This document shows, in pieces, positions 12,836 through 25,167 of a stretch of DNA of 57,767 bases (positions are counted from its first letter, which is position 1; each line of letters starts with the position of its first letter). The stretch is from Coniocarpon cinnabarinum. Taxonomy: Eukaryota. A model generated the notes under the pieces. The model was not told where the DNA came from. It was given only the letters and a program-made list of their open reading frames with translations, and ran no database searches. A program made the translations under genes and the position numbers. The stretch covers positions 1 to 57,767 of the forward strand of contig JAVECO010000154.1 of assembly GCA_051942205.1 (NCBI GenBank), given 5' to 3'.

Positions 12836-13483
12836 GAAGAGCAGGGTATCCAGCATTTCTCGAGACTTAGAAAAGGGCAGACAGATTGTCACAGGAAGCT
12901 TTCAGCATACAGCTTGAGTGAGGAAGCAGCCAACTAAAGCACATGAAACGCACGAATGAAGTCTTATGCGTCTAGTCGCAGAACTTTCACCGTCGAAGGC
13001 GGAAGCTCACGAAAAGCCGCTGGTCACACATCATTATAGGCAAGGGCTCAAAAGCTGAGTGCATATGAACAAGACTTCGGTGGATGAGGCGCGGCGTCTC
13101 TTGAGAGCGGAGCAGCACACGATAACATTGTCGTCGTCGCGAGAACTAGACGGCGCTCGCCGTATTTGGAACTGAGTATTCCCTGGATCTCTATGATGAT
13201 GGCCGCGGATTCTTCTCAGAGTGAGCAGAGGACATGGACTTGGGAGTGATGAGACAATTTTCGTCGCAAGACTTTAATACAAGATTCTGGTTTGTGTCGA
13301 GTCTTAACCGAGATTTCAGCCCCAAGTGATTCCGATTTGCGCACGTGCTGTGCCTGGTGCCCTCGGTGCCTTTTGCTTCGAGTGACGTAGTTCGATTTTC
13401 AAACAATCCAAAATTACATGAGCATCCACGCATATTGCCTTGCAACGACAATTACCGGAGGCCTTCTCGTATGATCTCCGAAA

Positions 13484-16400
13484 ATGAAGCAGAGATTCTC
13501 TTCTCTTGATATCAAGGTCAGTAACCTCGGTCTTGCCAGAGTGCACGTGCTGATCGGGAGAATAGGTTATCGCTCATGAGCTCTCCAAAACCATAACCTC
13601 CCTTCGTGTCTCGAACATTTACGACCTATCTTCGGTAAGCGACTTACAATGAAATTAGAGCAAAGCGCTGACAATGATTGAGCGCATATTCCTGTTCAAG
13701 TTCGCAGCAAGCACTCGAAAGGAACAATTTGTAATCGATTCTGGTTTTCGATGTCATCTTAGTCAATACGCACGCACGACAGCGGGAGCTCCATCACCGT
13801 TTGTAACACGCCTACGCAAATTTTTGAGATCGAGACGAGTAACTCGAGTATCACAAGTCGGCACTGACCGGATTCTCGAGTTTGAGTTCTCCGATGGACA
13901 GTACCATCTTTTCCTTGAATTCTACGCTGGGGGCAATGTTGTTCTCACCGACAACGCTTACAAGATAATCGCGCTACAAAGAAATGTAAACGAAGGGGCA
14001 CCACACGAGCGTTTGAGAGCCGGGCTCGAATACGACCTGTCAGCACGACAGAACATTGGTGGGATCCCGCCTATGACGAAGGAGAGATTGCAACATGGAC
14101 TCCAATCATACATTGCAAGACAGGAGACTGGGCAGCAAAGCACGAACAAGAAGCTCAAGAAGAAGGCTGGAGACACCCTGAGAAAAGCTCTTGCAGCCTC
14201 AATTAATGAATACCCTCCCATGCTCATTGATCACTCTCTACGAACGGTCGGCTTCGACATTAACCTAACGCCTGAAGAAGTGCTGGGCGAGGAAGAGCTG
14301 CTGGACAAGCTACTACTATCCATGAGACAAGCTCAGCAGGTCATGGATGAAATCATGGCGAAAGATGTGGTCAAGGGGTACATATTCGGAAAGCCGATAA
14401 CCAAGTCTTACGACACCAAAGAAGATGGACAAGACTCTGTGGGTCCTGGATCGCAGCCAAGCATCATGTACGAGGACTTTCACCCATTCAAGCCCAAACA
14501 TATCGCTGAAGATGGCACCGTACAGACCCTGGAGTTCGAAGGCTTCAATCATGCTGTTGATGATTTCTTTTCGTCCATCGAGGGACAAAAGTTGGAAACC
14601 CGGCTTGCTGAGAAGGAGAGACATGCTAGGCAGAAGCTCGAAAACGCAAAGCAAGAGCAAGATAAGCGGATAGGTGGTCTGCAGCAGGTCCAAGAGAACA
14701 ATGTACGCAAGGCGCAAGCGATTGAAGCAAATCTTGAGCGCGTTAAGGAAGCTGCCGGTGCGGTCAACGGACTCATCGCACAAGGAATGGACTGGGACGA
14801 GATAGAAAAGCTTGTCGAGCTTGAGCAGCGACGCCAGAACGCAGTGGCACAGGTTATCAAACTGCCGCTCAAACTGCAAGAAAACACGATCACCCTGCGA
14901 TTGGCCGAATGGAATGAGCAAGACAACGATGAGGAGATCGATGCTGGCTACGAAAGTTCAGATGCAGACCCGTCAGCGTCTGAGGGAGAAGATGACAATG
15001 ACGACGAAGGACAGGGCGCAAACAAGAGTGAAAAGCCGACGACCGAAGTTCAGTCTGGCGACAAGAGACTCAACGTTGACATTGATTTGAGTCTCAGTCC
15101 GTGGTCTAACGCACGTGACTACTACGATCAGAAGAGAAGCGCTGCGTCAAAAGAGGAGAAGACCCAAAAAGCATCGGCCAAAGCGCTTAAAAGTACGCAG
15201 CGGAAGGTAGAGACTGACCTCAAGCGTGCCTTGAAGCAAGAAAAGCAAACACTTCGGCCAGTGCGCAATGCCTTCTGGTTTGAGAAATTTCGGTTTTTCC
15301 TCTCCTCAGACGGATACTTGGTGCTTGGTGCGACCGATTCGCAGCAGAGTGACTTGCTGTGGAGAAAATACTTGAAATCCAATGATGTCTGGGTTCATGC
15401 CGATTTGGATGGGGCGCTGCCGTGCGTTGTCAAGAATCGTAGCAACATCGATGGCTCACCGATTCCTCCTGGAACACTGTCACAAGCGGGAAGCCTTTGC
15501 GTCGCTACATCCAAAGCATGGGATTCCAAAGCGGTCATGTCAGCTTGGTGGGTGTCTGCTAAACAAGTTTCGAAACGTGCACGAACTAGTGATTATCTTG
15601 CACCAGGGCGCTTCGAAGTCAGTGGAAACAAAAGCTTCTTGCCACCAACACCCCTGTTATTAGGATTTGCAGTTCTTTTCCAGGTCTCGGAGCAGAGCAA
15701 AGCACGGCACATGAAGCATCGAATTCAAGACGAACAGCCAACAGCGTCCCCAGAAGTTCATCCAGCGCATTCTGCGAGTGATCAAGATGACAACGTTGGC
15801 GCGGACAGCACGGTAGATGCTGACACGAATGGGCACTCCGAACAACCTGCTGAGCATGAAGACGATGAGACCGTGGACGACAGCGCCTCAAATGGAAGGA
15901 GCGAGACCGACCAGCAGGACGAAGGGGAAGAAGCAAATGGTGATGATGAGAAGGATGAAGAAAACGGGACAGAAGTAGAAGCAGCGGCTGAGGGAGATGG
16001 CTTGAACGAACGCTCAAATCCACTCCAGCCCAATGCAACTGCCTTCGACGATGCAGACGGCGAAGACGATGAGGACATGGCACCAGTTTCCCAGGGTGGA
16101 AATGAAGAAGACGCAACAGCCTCGGAATCAGAGGACGTGGAGCAGGAGCGGAAAGACGAAGCCGAGCAAAAAACGGTCGAAGCCGTCCGCAACGAATACA
16201 TCACAGCCGACGCTAAGATCAAAGCGCCAATTCCCGTTCGGGGTAAGAAGGGTAAGAAAAAGAAAGTCTCACAGAAGTATGCTGAGCAAGATGAAGAAGA
16301 TCGCGCTGAGGCCATGCGTCTGCTTGGTTCGGCAGCTGGTCAGCAAAAACAGAAAGAGGAGGCCGCTGCAAAAGACGCACGTGAGAAGGAGCAGGCCGCG

Positions 16401-16907
16401 CAACGCCAGCGGCGACGAGAGCAACATCAGAAGGCACAAGAGCGAAGAGCTCAAAAGGAGCAAGATGGCGAAGAAGAGGAAGAGGAAGAGACAACGAACA
16501 GTAATGTTGACCTTGATACCTTTGTTGGCACACCACTTCCAGGCGATGAAATTCTCGAAGCACTACCTATCTGTGCTCCTTGGGGTGCTCTCGGCCGCTA
16601 CAAATACAAGGCCAAGCTGCAGCCTGGCAGTGAGAAGAAAGGCAAAGCGGTCCGCAGCATTCTAGGCAAGTGGGGTGCTGACGCTGCAGTGAAGAAGAAC
16701 AAAGACGAGAAGTCGGAAGACACGGAGCGCATTTGGCCACGAGAGATGGAGCTGATCAAGTCATGGAAAGAGGCGGAAATATTTGGTGCGGTGCCGGTGT
16801 CGAAGGTGAGGGTCATGATGTCGGGCGCCTCTGGGAAGGAGGCTGGGAAGGGCGGCAAGCAGAAGTCGAAGAAGCCGAGTGGACGGGGGTCCAAGAAGCA
16901 GAGGTAA
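13484..16907 (+). CDS. RQC2: Ribosome quality-control subunit Rqc2/Tae2/NEMF; exons 13484-13516, 13566-13634, 13683-16907
   Basis: Spliced N-terminus MKQRFSSLDIKVIAHEL..RVSNIYDLSSRIFLFKF; NFACT-N QVGTDRIL; NFACT-R WFEKFRFFLSSDGYLV..VHADLDGA; NFACT-C PICAPWGALGRYKYKAKLQPG. Confidence 0.95.
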
Positions 16908-17519
16908 TGCCTTCACGGAGGGGTGGACCAGGCTGAGTAATATCAATTGCAAAGCAACAAGTAATTTGACGGTAACAACATTATCGTGGGATACATCGAT
17001 TGCCCTTTAGAGTCCGATGTCATCGCTTTGTGAAGGAGAAGACGGAGCGCCGCGTCGAAGACGGCATGGAAGCAAGCTTTACCAAAACATCACGTAGCAT
17101 AGCCCGGCGCCAGTGCATCCGCATGTCTCTCCCCATGTATCAATTTGCAGAGACAATGGCATGTGTAGGCTTTGAGAGGTGTCCCGCACTGCCCACACGA
17201 TTGTACATCGAACAGCGATGATCGCTACACAACACTCGCAGGGCACTCGCCCTGCAGACTGGCGTTCCAAACTTCGACGAGATTATTCTCTCAACGAGTC
17301 AATTTCTGTGCTTGTGCAAACCTCCGCTTGAATCCAGCCCAACCACACACCTGATAAACATGTTTCCTAGCATTATTGGTTGAAAACTTGCGAGCATGTT
17401 TACAGACTTACGTGTAACACCTGCTGTACATGGGCGAAGATCTCGGACAGCAGAAGCACACAGAAAGAATGATGCGTTGCAGAGTGATATTAGTCTGCCA
17501 TATCCTACTTTGCTACCTT

Positions 17520-18200
17520 TAACTACATAATTAAGAGAGGCTGTTGCTAGCCAGGAGCTACGAGAAGAAATATCTAAGCAATATTTAGTTTAATTTAAAA
17601 TCGAATAATAAACACTAAAAAGCATACTGTTATAAGATAGTATAGGGTCTGCTGGCTCGTATAGAGGCTTATAAGCCTGGTAGGGTAGAAAAAGGCTGGT
17701 TTATTGTCCTGCTCCGGGAAATTTGCTAAGGAAAAGAAATCAGTAAAAGAACTGAGAAAAGAACCCAAAACCAAGTACCAACAAGATGCTCAGAGGCCTC
17801 AGAGGGCTGTCACAGGGCACAGGAGGCTCAGGGGTCTCCTCAGGGGTAGTAAGGGCTAGTCTGGTCGACTTGGGAAGAAAGGTTTTGTTGTATTTGACGT
17901 AGGGTAGACTGAATTCTTTGAGATCGAGTTTGGGGTCGATTTTCGGGTGAATCCCGTCAGGACTCAATATTCCTGCTGCTATGAGGACGTCCGACTCTAA
18001 AAGACGGTTAGAATGCCGCAGGTATCGTAGAAAATAAGCAAGAAATGAGGGAGGAAATCGAGTGGACAGAAGGAAGGTGAACTGACAGCTTCCCACTTTT
18101 ACAAAGCGACGGCGGCCTTCTTCGTCGATGAAAAAATATTGATGACGCCACGCTATAGAGCAGAAGCAGGAGATTCGAACGGTGTGCTCAACCTATGTCT
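17520..18200 (-). pseudogene. Degraded spliced gene relic in an AT/TpA-rich island
   Basis: ATG-less frame open 18192-17740; intron-like segments 17778-17726 (GTACTT..CTGAT..TAG) and 17627-17574 (GTATGC..TAG); needs a frameshift to join; TpA-rich. Confidence 0.4.
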
Positions 18201-20099
18201 CTAAGCTCCAAAGACGAAGTATTTATGCGCAAAGACGCAGGAATCTTCAAGCGGACACCAATTGTTAAGAAGGGGGTCTGAGTAGGGCGGAATCAGTTAC
18301 TAGTAGTATGAACTCGACGAACAGCCGAGAAGCAAAGAAGTGGTGGTATTAGTAGTAGTAGTTGCAGTACATTGATACCGTCACGCTTGGTGACTTGCGG
18401 GAGCCACCAAGGAAGTGGCGGGAGAGCGGCCGGTATATATACTAGGCCTGTGCTCGGCACGATCAAGGGCGGACCAAAAGATCACGTGAGTGCGCTCTCA
18501 CTTCATGCACGTCAAGGATAATGGACAAAAGTCGCTGCCGGATTTCAGTCTAGGCGATGAGCCTGTACAGCTCGGGTTATAAAGCTATGAGTATATCAGC
18601 GAAAGCTGTTTGCGACACTGAAGATGCTGAGTCAAAGTGCGATAAGTACTTTCTTACGAGGCCATTGCGCCCCCAGTGAGAGATGAAAGCCTTCGTTCAG
18701 TCATGCTAAGCGCAATACCCTTGCTGATCCTCCAAAATCCTTCACCCGTTTTTTACTTCATCTTCGGAGGGCGAACCCTTAAGCTTATGATCTTTGTGTG
18801 GTGCTTGCTTTCTGAGACCCCTGATTGAGAGAGGTACATGGAAGAGAGAGTGCTGCGTCGTGTTCGGCTTTCCTTTCTTGGTCCAGGCTTTCACCTGACC
18901 TGCGAAGCCTATCTGTGGGCCGGGCATGTCTGTGATGCTGTTCTGTCAGTCTTGGTCCCAAGCTTTCAATAACTCGAATTGTCGCATTACACAAGATGCT
19001 CAACCTACTTTGTGCACCGCTATTGGACTAAGACGAGATGCGTGGGAATCCGATGTGCAATTGTTGGATGGTCTTCTCGGGAAAGACGGTCTGCAGCTTA
19101 GCAAAAAGACGAGAACGCGTCACAGGCAGGTTTTGACAGCCTACTTTCTGTGCTAGAAGGCAAAGTGTTGTTTGACAAGAAGACGGCAAGTGTCACATCA
19201 TAACAGCAATTCAGTGTCACGGCACGGGCTGCCGGCCACTGGCCTGCGAGACAACGCAAAAGCCCAGTCTTGATCTTTGAAACGAGCATCTGTTGTAAGC
19301 ACCAGCTGGGTGTCTAAACCAAGTTAAATTGGGTCTGGGACGGCGTGGGCGGGGCTGAGTGTTTCACGAGCATACATTACGTGATTAGGCAATTGAGGAG
19401 AGACGTCTTACATACTCGCCTGGTCTGTTCCGTTCTTTCCATACCATCAGAAACTTAAAAGAACACAGCAGATGGCGAGCCGCGGCAGCGTTGCTTATGC
19501 AAAGCTCACAAATAACGTTGCATTCATCTGCCTCAAATATGTGTGACACTTGACCATGCCATTCTGCCTTGACTGCACGACAAGCCACGCCGCCTCGCCC
19601 ATTGTACTTCACACGGCGTGGTGTCCAGCTCCTTAAGAATTGAGGCAGCGAGATCCGCGCGTCAGACGAAGCGAAGTAGAGGTTGGTGAGGTTTTAGCGA
19701 TTTTGCAACAAGTGCGTGAATGTTTCACTACCACCACCCGCATTTTGCAGCTGTCGCACACGTTGTCGTTTCCCATTGACTTCTGATTCGTCATGTTCCG
19801 GTCGCTTGGACTCCTGCAGATGTTGCACCGGGTGAGCATTTCGCGGCTTCTGCTCTCATCTAAACCATTTTTTTATGGGCGATGAGCCAATTGTCAAGAT
19901 CTGTAAAGTATTTTATGCTGTTCGACGCCACTGCTTCATGAATGTGGCAATTCGCTTGTTTCGTTGTCTTCCCTTTCTCTTCCTACGGTCCCGAGTCATC
20001 TCGAAAAAAAGTTCCATTTGTAATGCTCTTGAATTTGGTTGCCGCGCTATTACTGTGAGTTTGTTTTTTTGTGTAAAGTCTTGACTTGTTTCGCTTGCA

Positions 20100-21551
20100 A
20101 TGGCATCCACGGCGCGGGAAGTCGTGCAGACCATCTCCCATCTTGGGGTCGGCCATCATCATGCAGCATCTATTCAATATGCGTTCGGCGTGGAGACGGA
20201 GTTTGTTCTTGAACCAAAGGTCCTGAAGACTGGCCCCGTACCAAAGCCACCAGAGGATTACGACCAAGATTACGACCACTATGACCAACAAAGCGTCGAC
20301 GAGTGGGGCGAGGCCTTGGTCCACAAATATCACCACTACCTGAAAAATCATTTGCGGCCTGGCGCCTCGTACATGGTCAGTTTAATGGACGACCGTGACA
20401 ATAAACGCTACACTGTTGATGAGGAGGACCTGTATCAGTACTTGGTGATTACCTATTTACGAGAAGAGGTACCAAGGAACAAATGTAAGTCATAGCAGAA
20501 GTCTGCATGCTTCGGGCTTTGTCGAAGGACGTTGTCAGGCAGGCTTCCAGCCCTAGAATCATCATACCAGCTTGCTGAGGTATGGACTAACGTGCATGCA
20601 GATTGCGTTGAAGTCATTTCTCCGATACTCGAGTCATCTTCTTTCCGCCAACGCATCCACATTTTCTGGGTCTTCCTACCCCTCAACTACAAAATCACAC
20701 ACGAGAACCTCCCTACTACTACCCATGTTCACTTTGCAACCAAGAACCCTGAGTTCACTCTACATCAGCTTGTGCTGATTGCCGCCGCATGGATCCATTG
20801 GGAGCCTGCCTGGGAACGTGTACTTCCGTGGCGAGGTGACCATGTTTCTGGTTGGCTGTCACGAAGCTTGTACATGGAGAACAAGAACTTTGCACCGGCT
20901 CGTGTGCCCCGCGTCGAGGCCATCAACAAGCTAAAAAGTTGCTCCACTCTGCAAAGCTTTCTCGACACGATCCATCCTACTGGCAAAAAATACTGGGGCA
21001 TCAACTTCTGGCATTGCCAGGAGGGCGACACTCAGACTGTGGAGTTCCGACGAGGCGACATGAGTAAGTTGATATTCTTTTGTGCCTTAGTGCGATTCTA
21101 CAGCTCTTGCTGTCGCATCTTGCAAAAAAGCAAAAATATATGAGACGCGCCTCGTTGGAGGCTTCTTCCACTCTTTGAAAATTTGGACCTTTGCTTTCAA
21201 CTTGCGCACGACATTTTCGAAGCCCTGCGGTGCTAACGAACACTTGCAATAGGTACCTCTGGAGATCACGCCAACATGTGGATGGCAGTGGCAGTATCAT
21301 TCATGCTTGCAGCACTGGCATGCGGATCAGTGGAAGAGATCATGAAAGCAAAGGTGACGGTCCCAGCATTGGAACAGCTCATGCTGGGCGCGCGCGACCA
21401 CTTTCACGTGGAGGAGATTGGGCGGCTGTTCGAGGGCAAGAGACACAAAAAGACGGACCGGCCTCTTGTAGCAGACCCCCCTGCCCAGGACTGGTCGAGA
21501 GCAGAGTTGAAGAACATGAAGGAGATGACGGAGGATGATGTGGGACATTGA
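20100..21551 (+). CDS. Putative amidoligase (COOH-NH2 ligase-type, Amidoligase_2-like); exons 20100-20484, 20602-21063, 21253-21551
   Basis: Three track ORFs join in frame through GTAAGT..CTAAC..AG introns. Ordered motifs FGVETEF, VEVISPIL, THVHF, KYWGINF, TVEFRR, followed by W..VAVSFMLAA. Confidence 0.75.
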
Positions 21552-22687
21552 TGTGATGGAGTTGAGTCGCGCTGCTTCTTGCGGTGGAGTATCGACAAAA
21601 AGCTAGGGCGGGGCTTGGTTTCAAGGCCTATACCCTTGGCTCTCCCAGAAATGCGGTAGGAGCTTTAGCACACTCTGCACGTAGTTGCAAACTCGCAAAC
21701 ATTAGGGAGAGAAGATTAATGTCATGCTACAAGTAGACTGTAAGATTTACTTTAGGCAAGTATGGGATGGATATCGTCATGAGCGGCGAAGCAAGTTATC
21801 TTTGCTGTGTATAGCAAGAAACATTGTTCGGGTTGTAACTAGAGAAGCGTCGCAGGCGCAGTCTTCGATATGACACTTGAACCATGTAAGCACCCATGCA
21901 TGCTCAGTAGCCGTGCGAGGTCCGGATGTGTAAGCGGCGGCGCATGTAACAGGTCCCGAAAGTGTTCTATATTCGATTCGACAGAGTCCAATCGTTCGCC
22001 TCATGACGTAGATGCTTCACGAAGTCTGGGAAGTTGACGTGAATAAGTTACGGTCATTGCTATTGAATTTGCGCCACGATATTTGTTCCAATACTCTTGC
22101 AACAGCACCATGAAGATACAAGGTCATACCAGACAATGGCAACGATATACCTGCTCTGTGACGTCTTGACGCTGACATCATGCAGCTCGGGAGCTAGGCC
22201 ACGGATAGACGCATGCACCGATAGCGTACCGCGCCATTGGATTGCCAAGGACGTGCAACGATGCTTTGTCAACAAGCTCCCTGTCGCCAGATGACCGCCT
22301 CCTTGATTGGCATTTCTTTCATGCCGACCAGCCTCAGTGGCGAGACTCGCTGCTGTGCACATACCTGGTGCCACAGTTGTCTTGAGGGAGTGACTTCATT
22401 GTAGACTCCACCGGCCCGTCGCTCAGAGCTCATGTCACAACCGGCGGTGAGGTAATTTCAGAGGCAGTCGCCGGGCGATGACGGCGTGGATACCCTGGAT
22501 ACACTGCGCCCGCTACCGACAGATACAAACTTGATTCCATCTCGCCTTTGCCCTCTTGTCTTCTTCTCTCCTCTGCATCCGACCTGTGTGTCTCATAGCC
22601 GACAAATTGACAGCGTCAACAGTACGACAGCAGCAACAGCAGGCACTCACTCATCCCCATAACCTCGAACTCAACTCCTCGAGCATC

Positions 22688-23395
22688 ATGATGTTGACCA
22701 CGCTACTTCTCGCCTCCTCTGCCTTGCTCACATCCGCCTTTCCAACTCCACAATTTCCTCCTCCGGCGCCTGACACTCAATTCTACTATCTCAAGATCCA
22801 GACTCTGCCTGACAGCCCGCACCCAGAGTTCAACGGACTCTACCTGGAGGGTTACCATACCGGTGCTGGTCTCAACGATGTCACGTTCCAGACCCAGTCA
22901 ACATCGCCTCGAGGCTTTCTCAATAGCACCTTCCAGCAGTTTGAGTTTGGTTCAGATGAAGGCCAATATTTGCCCTACACCATGGTCATGACGAATGACA
23001 ATTATGCTTGTAAGCTCAATACCCTCTGTCTGCCTCAGCTCTCGCGTCATGATAGCTAGCAAGCAATCAATGAGAATTCCCTTTACACCGCTTGCTGACT
23101 AAACTTAGCCTTCTCACCTGTTGAAATTAACGCCGGTTATGGATCAGGCCTCGGTGTCTTCTACTTCAATGAAACTGCCTCTGGTTCTCTCTGGTGGAAC
23201 ATTGAAGGCAACATCACCAATCCATACTACAATGTCGACCTCAATTCTTTCGGCGGCTGGCTTGCTTGCAACTGGGTGCACCAAGATCTACCTCAGTTAT
23301 TTTGGTTGGACTCGCCCTTCAACGCCAATGAGCCATTACCGAGCAACTGTGCCAACATCTACCTTGTCCCCGAGAACCTTGGTGTTAGCGGGTAG
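22688..23395 (+). CDS. Small secreted fungal protein; exons 22688-23009, 23109-23395
   Basis: Signal peptide MMLTTLLLASSALLTSA; motifs YLEGYHTGAGLND, PVEINAG, FGGWLACNWVH..PQLFW, LPSNCANIYL; intron GTAAGC..CTGAC..TAG. Confidence 0.85.
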
Positions 23396-23825
23396 TGCAA
23401 TTGGCAAGGAAGAACGTGCATAATCTTTGTGAATAATGCGAGACGATACACGGCCGACCCCTTACGATCGTTTATATGACCCGAAACGGGTAGAATTGAC
23501 CATGATGGCAACCAGACCTGTATGAATGAAAAGGTTCAAAGACGGAAATGAAGCGTTCGCCTCCACAGCTTAGCAGAATAGATAGAGTGTATGAGTACGG
23601 AGCATTCTTAAAGTGTCTGCCAGACTTCCCTCAATTCCGGGAGGAAGGCTATTGCTTTTCAAATTGAAGTGAATAGACATCTCGAAAGTTGTGACGTCAC
23701 CCGTGCTCATACGATCAGTCCTGGTTTCAGTAATTCACGGGAAGGGAGACTCAACGTGTGGCATTGCTACAGTCGGAATTTTCGCTTAAGGCGAACACCT
23801 TCAGGTCTCACTCTCCCTTCCAGTG

Positions 23826-24710
23826 ATGTCGAATCTTTTGGCTTCGCCCAAGTGGCGCGCTCGGCCTGCATCTTCGCATACGTACCTGTATCCTCTGCAG
23901 GGTGTTGCATACCTAACTCGGAACCGCTTCCTCTGGCCTCTGCTGCGCTCTCGACTATTGCCCGTCACGATCCTCAGCACGCTTGCTTTCATTTTCCTTC
24001 TGACCTTCGCATATCTCCCGCAAGCGCTCCTGCTCGCCATCTTTCATGGTCGTGCAGCATTCTTCAACGCTTTGATCTTGGTGCTTGGAGAAGCTGCAGC
24101 ACTTACCCAACTGCTCTTCGAAGCTTTCTTCGTGGATGAGACTCTTGTCGATGCTTTTGATGCTACGCTGGTAGCCGAGGGCCAGGAGCATCTTCTCCTC
24201 AAAAACCGACCAGTCCAGCCCTCGTCGGAGGGCGATCCCAGACAGCGTCTTGGTCGACCGACTACATCTGCCGTCTTTGCACCCTTCAGCTTTCGTCAAA
24301 CGATCGAATTCATCTTGCTGCTTCCGCTAACGCTAATACCTTGGGCCGGTGTCCCGCTATTTCTATGGGGAACAGGGTATCGGGCAGGGCCCTTGCTCCA
24401 ATACCGGTACTTCGTTCTCAAAGGATTTGCGAAGCAAGAGAAAAGAGAATATATCAAGAATAGGCGGAGGTCATACACAGGCTTCGGAATCACGGCCATT
24501 ACATTGCAGCTGGTGCCGATGCTAAGCATGGCTTTTCTGGTGACCACCGCAGTCGGCAGTGCCGTTTGGGTGACCAACATGGAGAGAGAACAGGCTCCCA
24601 GAAGCGACGGCACATCAATTCAACACGATGGTGGATATGGTGCTACGCAACAGCCTTCTAGGGCACCTAACGAGCAGCCACCTCCATATAGCGAAGATGA
24701 CAATGTTTAA
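23826..24710 (+). CDS. EI24-family multi-pass membrane protein (Lds/Rrt8-like)
   Basis: YLYPLQGVAYL..FLWPLL start, several hydrophobic helices, ETLVDAFDATL, LLPLTLIPWAG, YTGFG..LQLVP; ATG at 23826. Confidence 0.75.
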   Translation: MSNLLASPKWRARPASSHTYLYPLQGVAYLTRNRFLWPLLRSRLLPVTILSTLAFIFLLTFAYLPQALLLAIFHGRAAFFNALILVLGEAAALTQLLFEAFFVDETLVDAFDATLVAEGQEHLLLKNRPVQPSSEGDPRQRLGRPTTSAVFAPFSFRQTIEFILLLPLTLIPWAGVPLFLWGTGYRAGPLLQYRYFVLKGFAKQEKREYIKNRRRSYTGFGITAITLQLVPMLSMAFLVTTAVGSAVWVTNMEREQAPRSDGTSIQHDGGYGATQQPSRAPNEQPPPYSEDDNV

Positions 24711-25058
24711 ATTCTATCCTATGCTCATTTCATACAAGAGCATATGGTAGAGTCAAATTGGACAGGTCTTTCACTGCCAACTATCTTGCTTGCATGAACC
24801 TAAGTTGTTGAGAAACAACAGCCATGACGAGTCTCAGCACCTCTCAGGCACAGGTCCGAAGAAGACGCTCATCAAGGTCATGGTTGTGAGAAAAACGAGC
24901 CCCATGAACGAGCGTTGGAGCTACGACGCATAATTGATCCAGACGAGCAGCGTATCCACATCACGATCTGATAATTTGCAACTTCTGAAAGAATATCTTC
25001 TCCATGTATTCATGGGCTTAGGCAGGACATCCAAGTGCCCGAAAAGGAAGGTATTGAG

Positions 25059-25092
25059 ACGCGTGAGCGCGTCAACGCGCCCGAAAACGCGT
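25059..25092. promoter_or_regulatory. MCB (ACGCGT) box cluster upstream of MSH2
   Basis: ACGCGT at 25059-25064 and 25087-25092 plus two further CGCG cores between them, ~80-110 bp before the ATG; fits G1/S MBF control of repair genes. Confidence 0.65.
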
Positions 25093-25167
25093 CGTCCAGC
25101 AAGTTTAAGTAATGCACCACGCCACTTGCGTCGGCAACGCTGAGGTCATTCGTTCCCTTGCACCGCA

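Noticed and set aside
14316..16563. Long antisense and alternate-frame ORFs over RQC2 (likewise over MSH2, AIP1 and the Ariadne gene)
   Set aside because: Shadow ORFs from codon bias and low-complexity acidic sequence; no domain motifs.
18168..18182. GTTCGAATC B-box-like motif on the minus strand
   Set aside because: No cloverleaf or A-box; not a tRNA.
19385..20050. Cys-rich minus-strand ORF fragments (CNIC..CDSC)
   Set aside because: Different frames with stops; no coherent zinc-finger family or splice path found.
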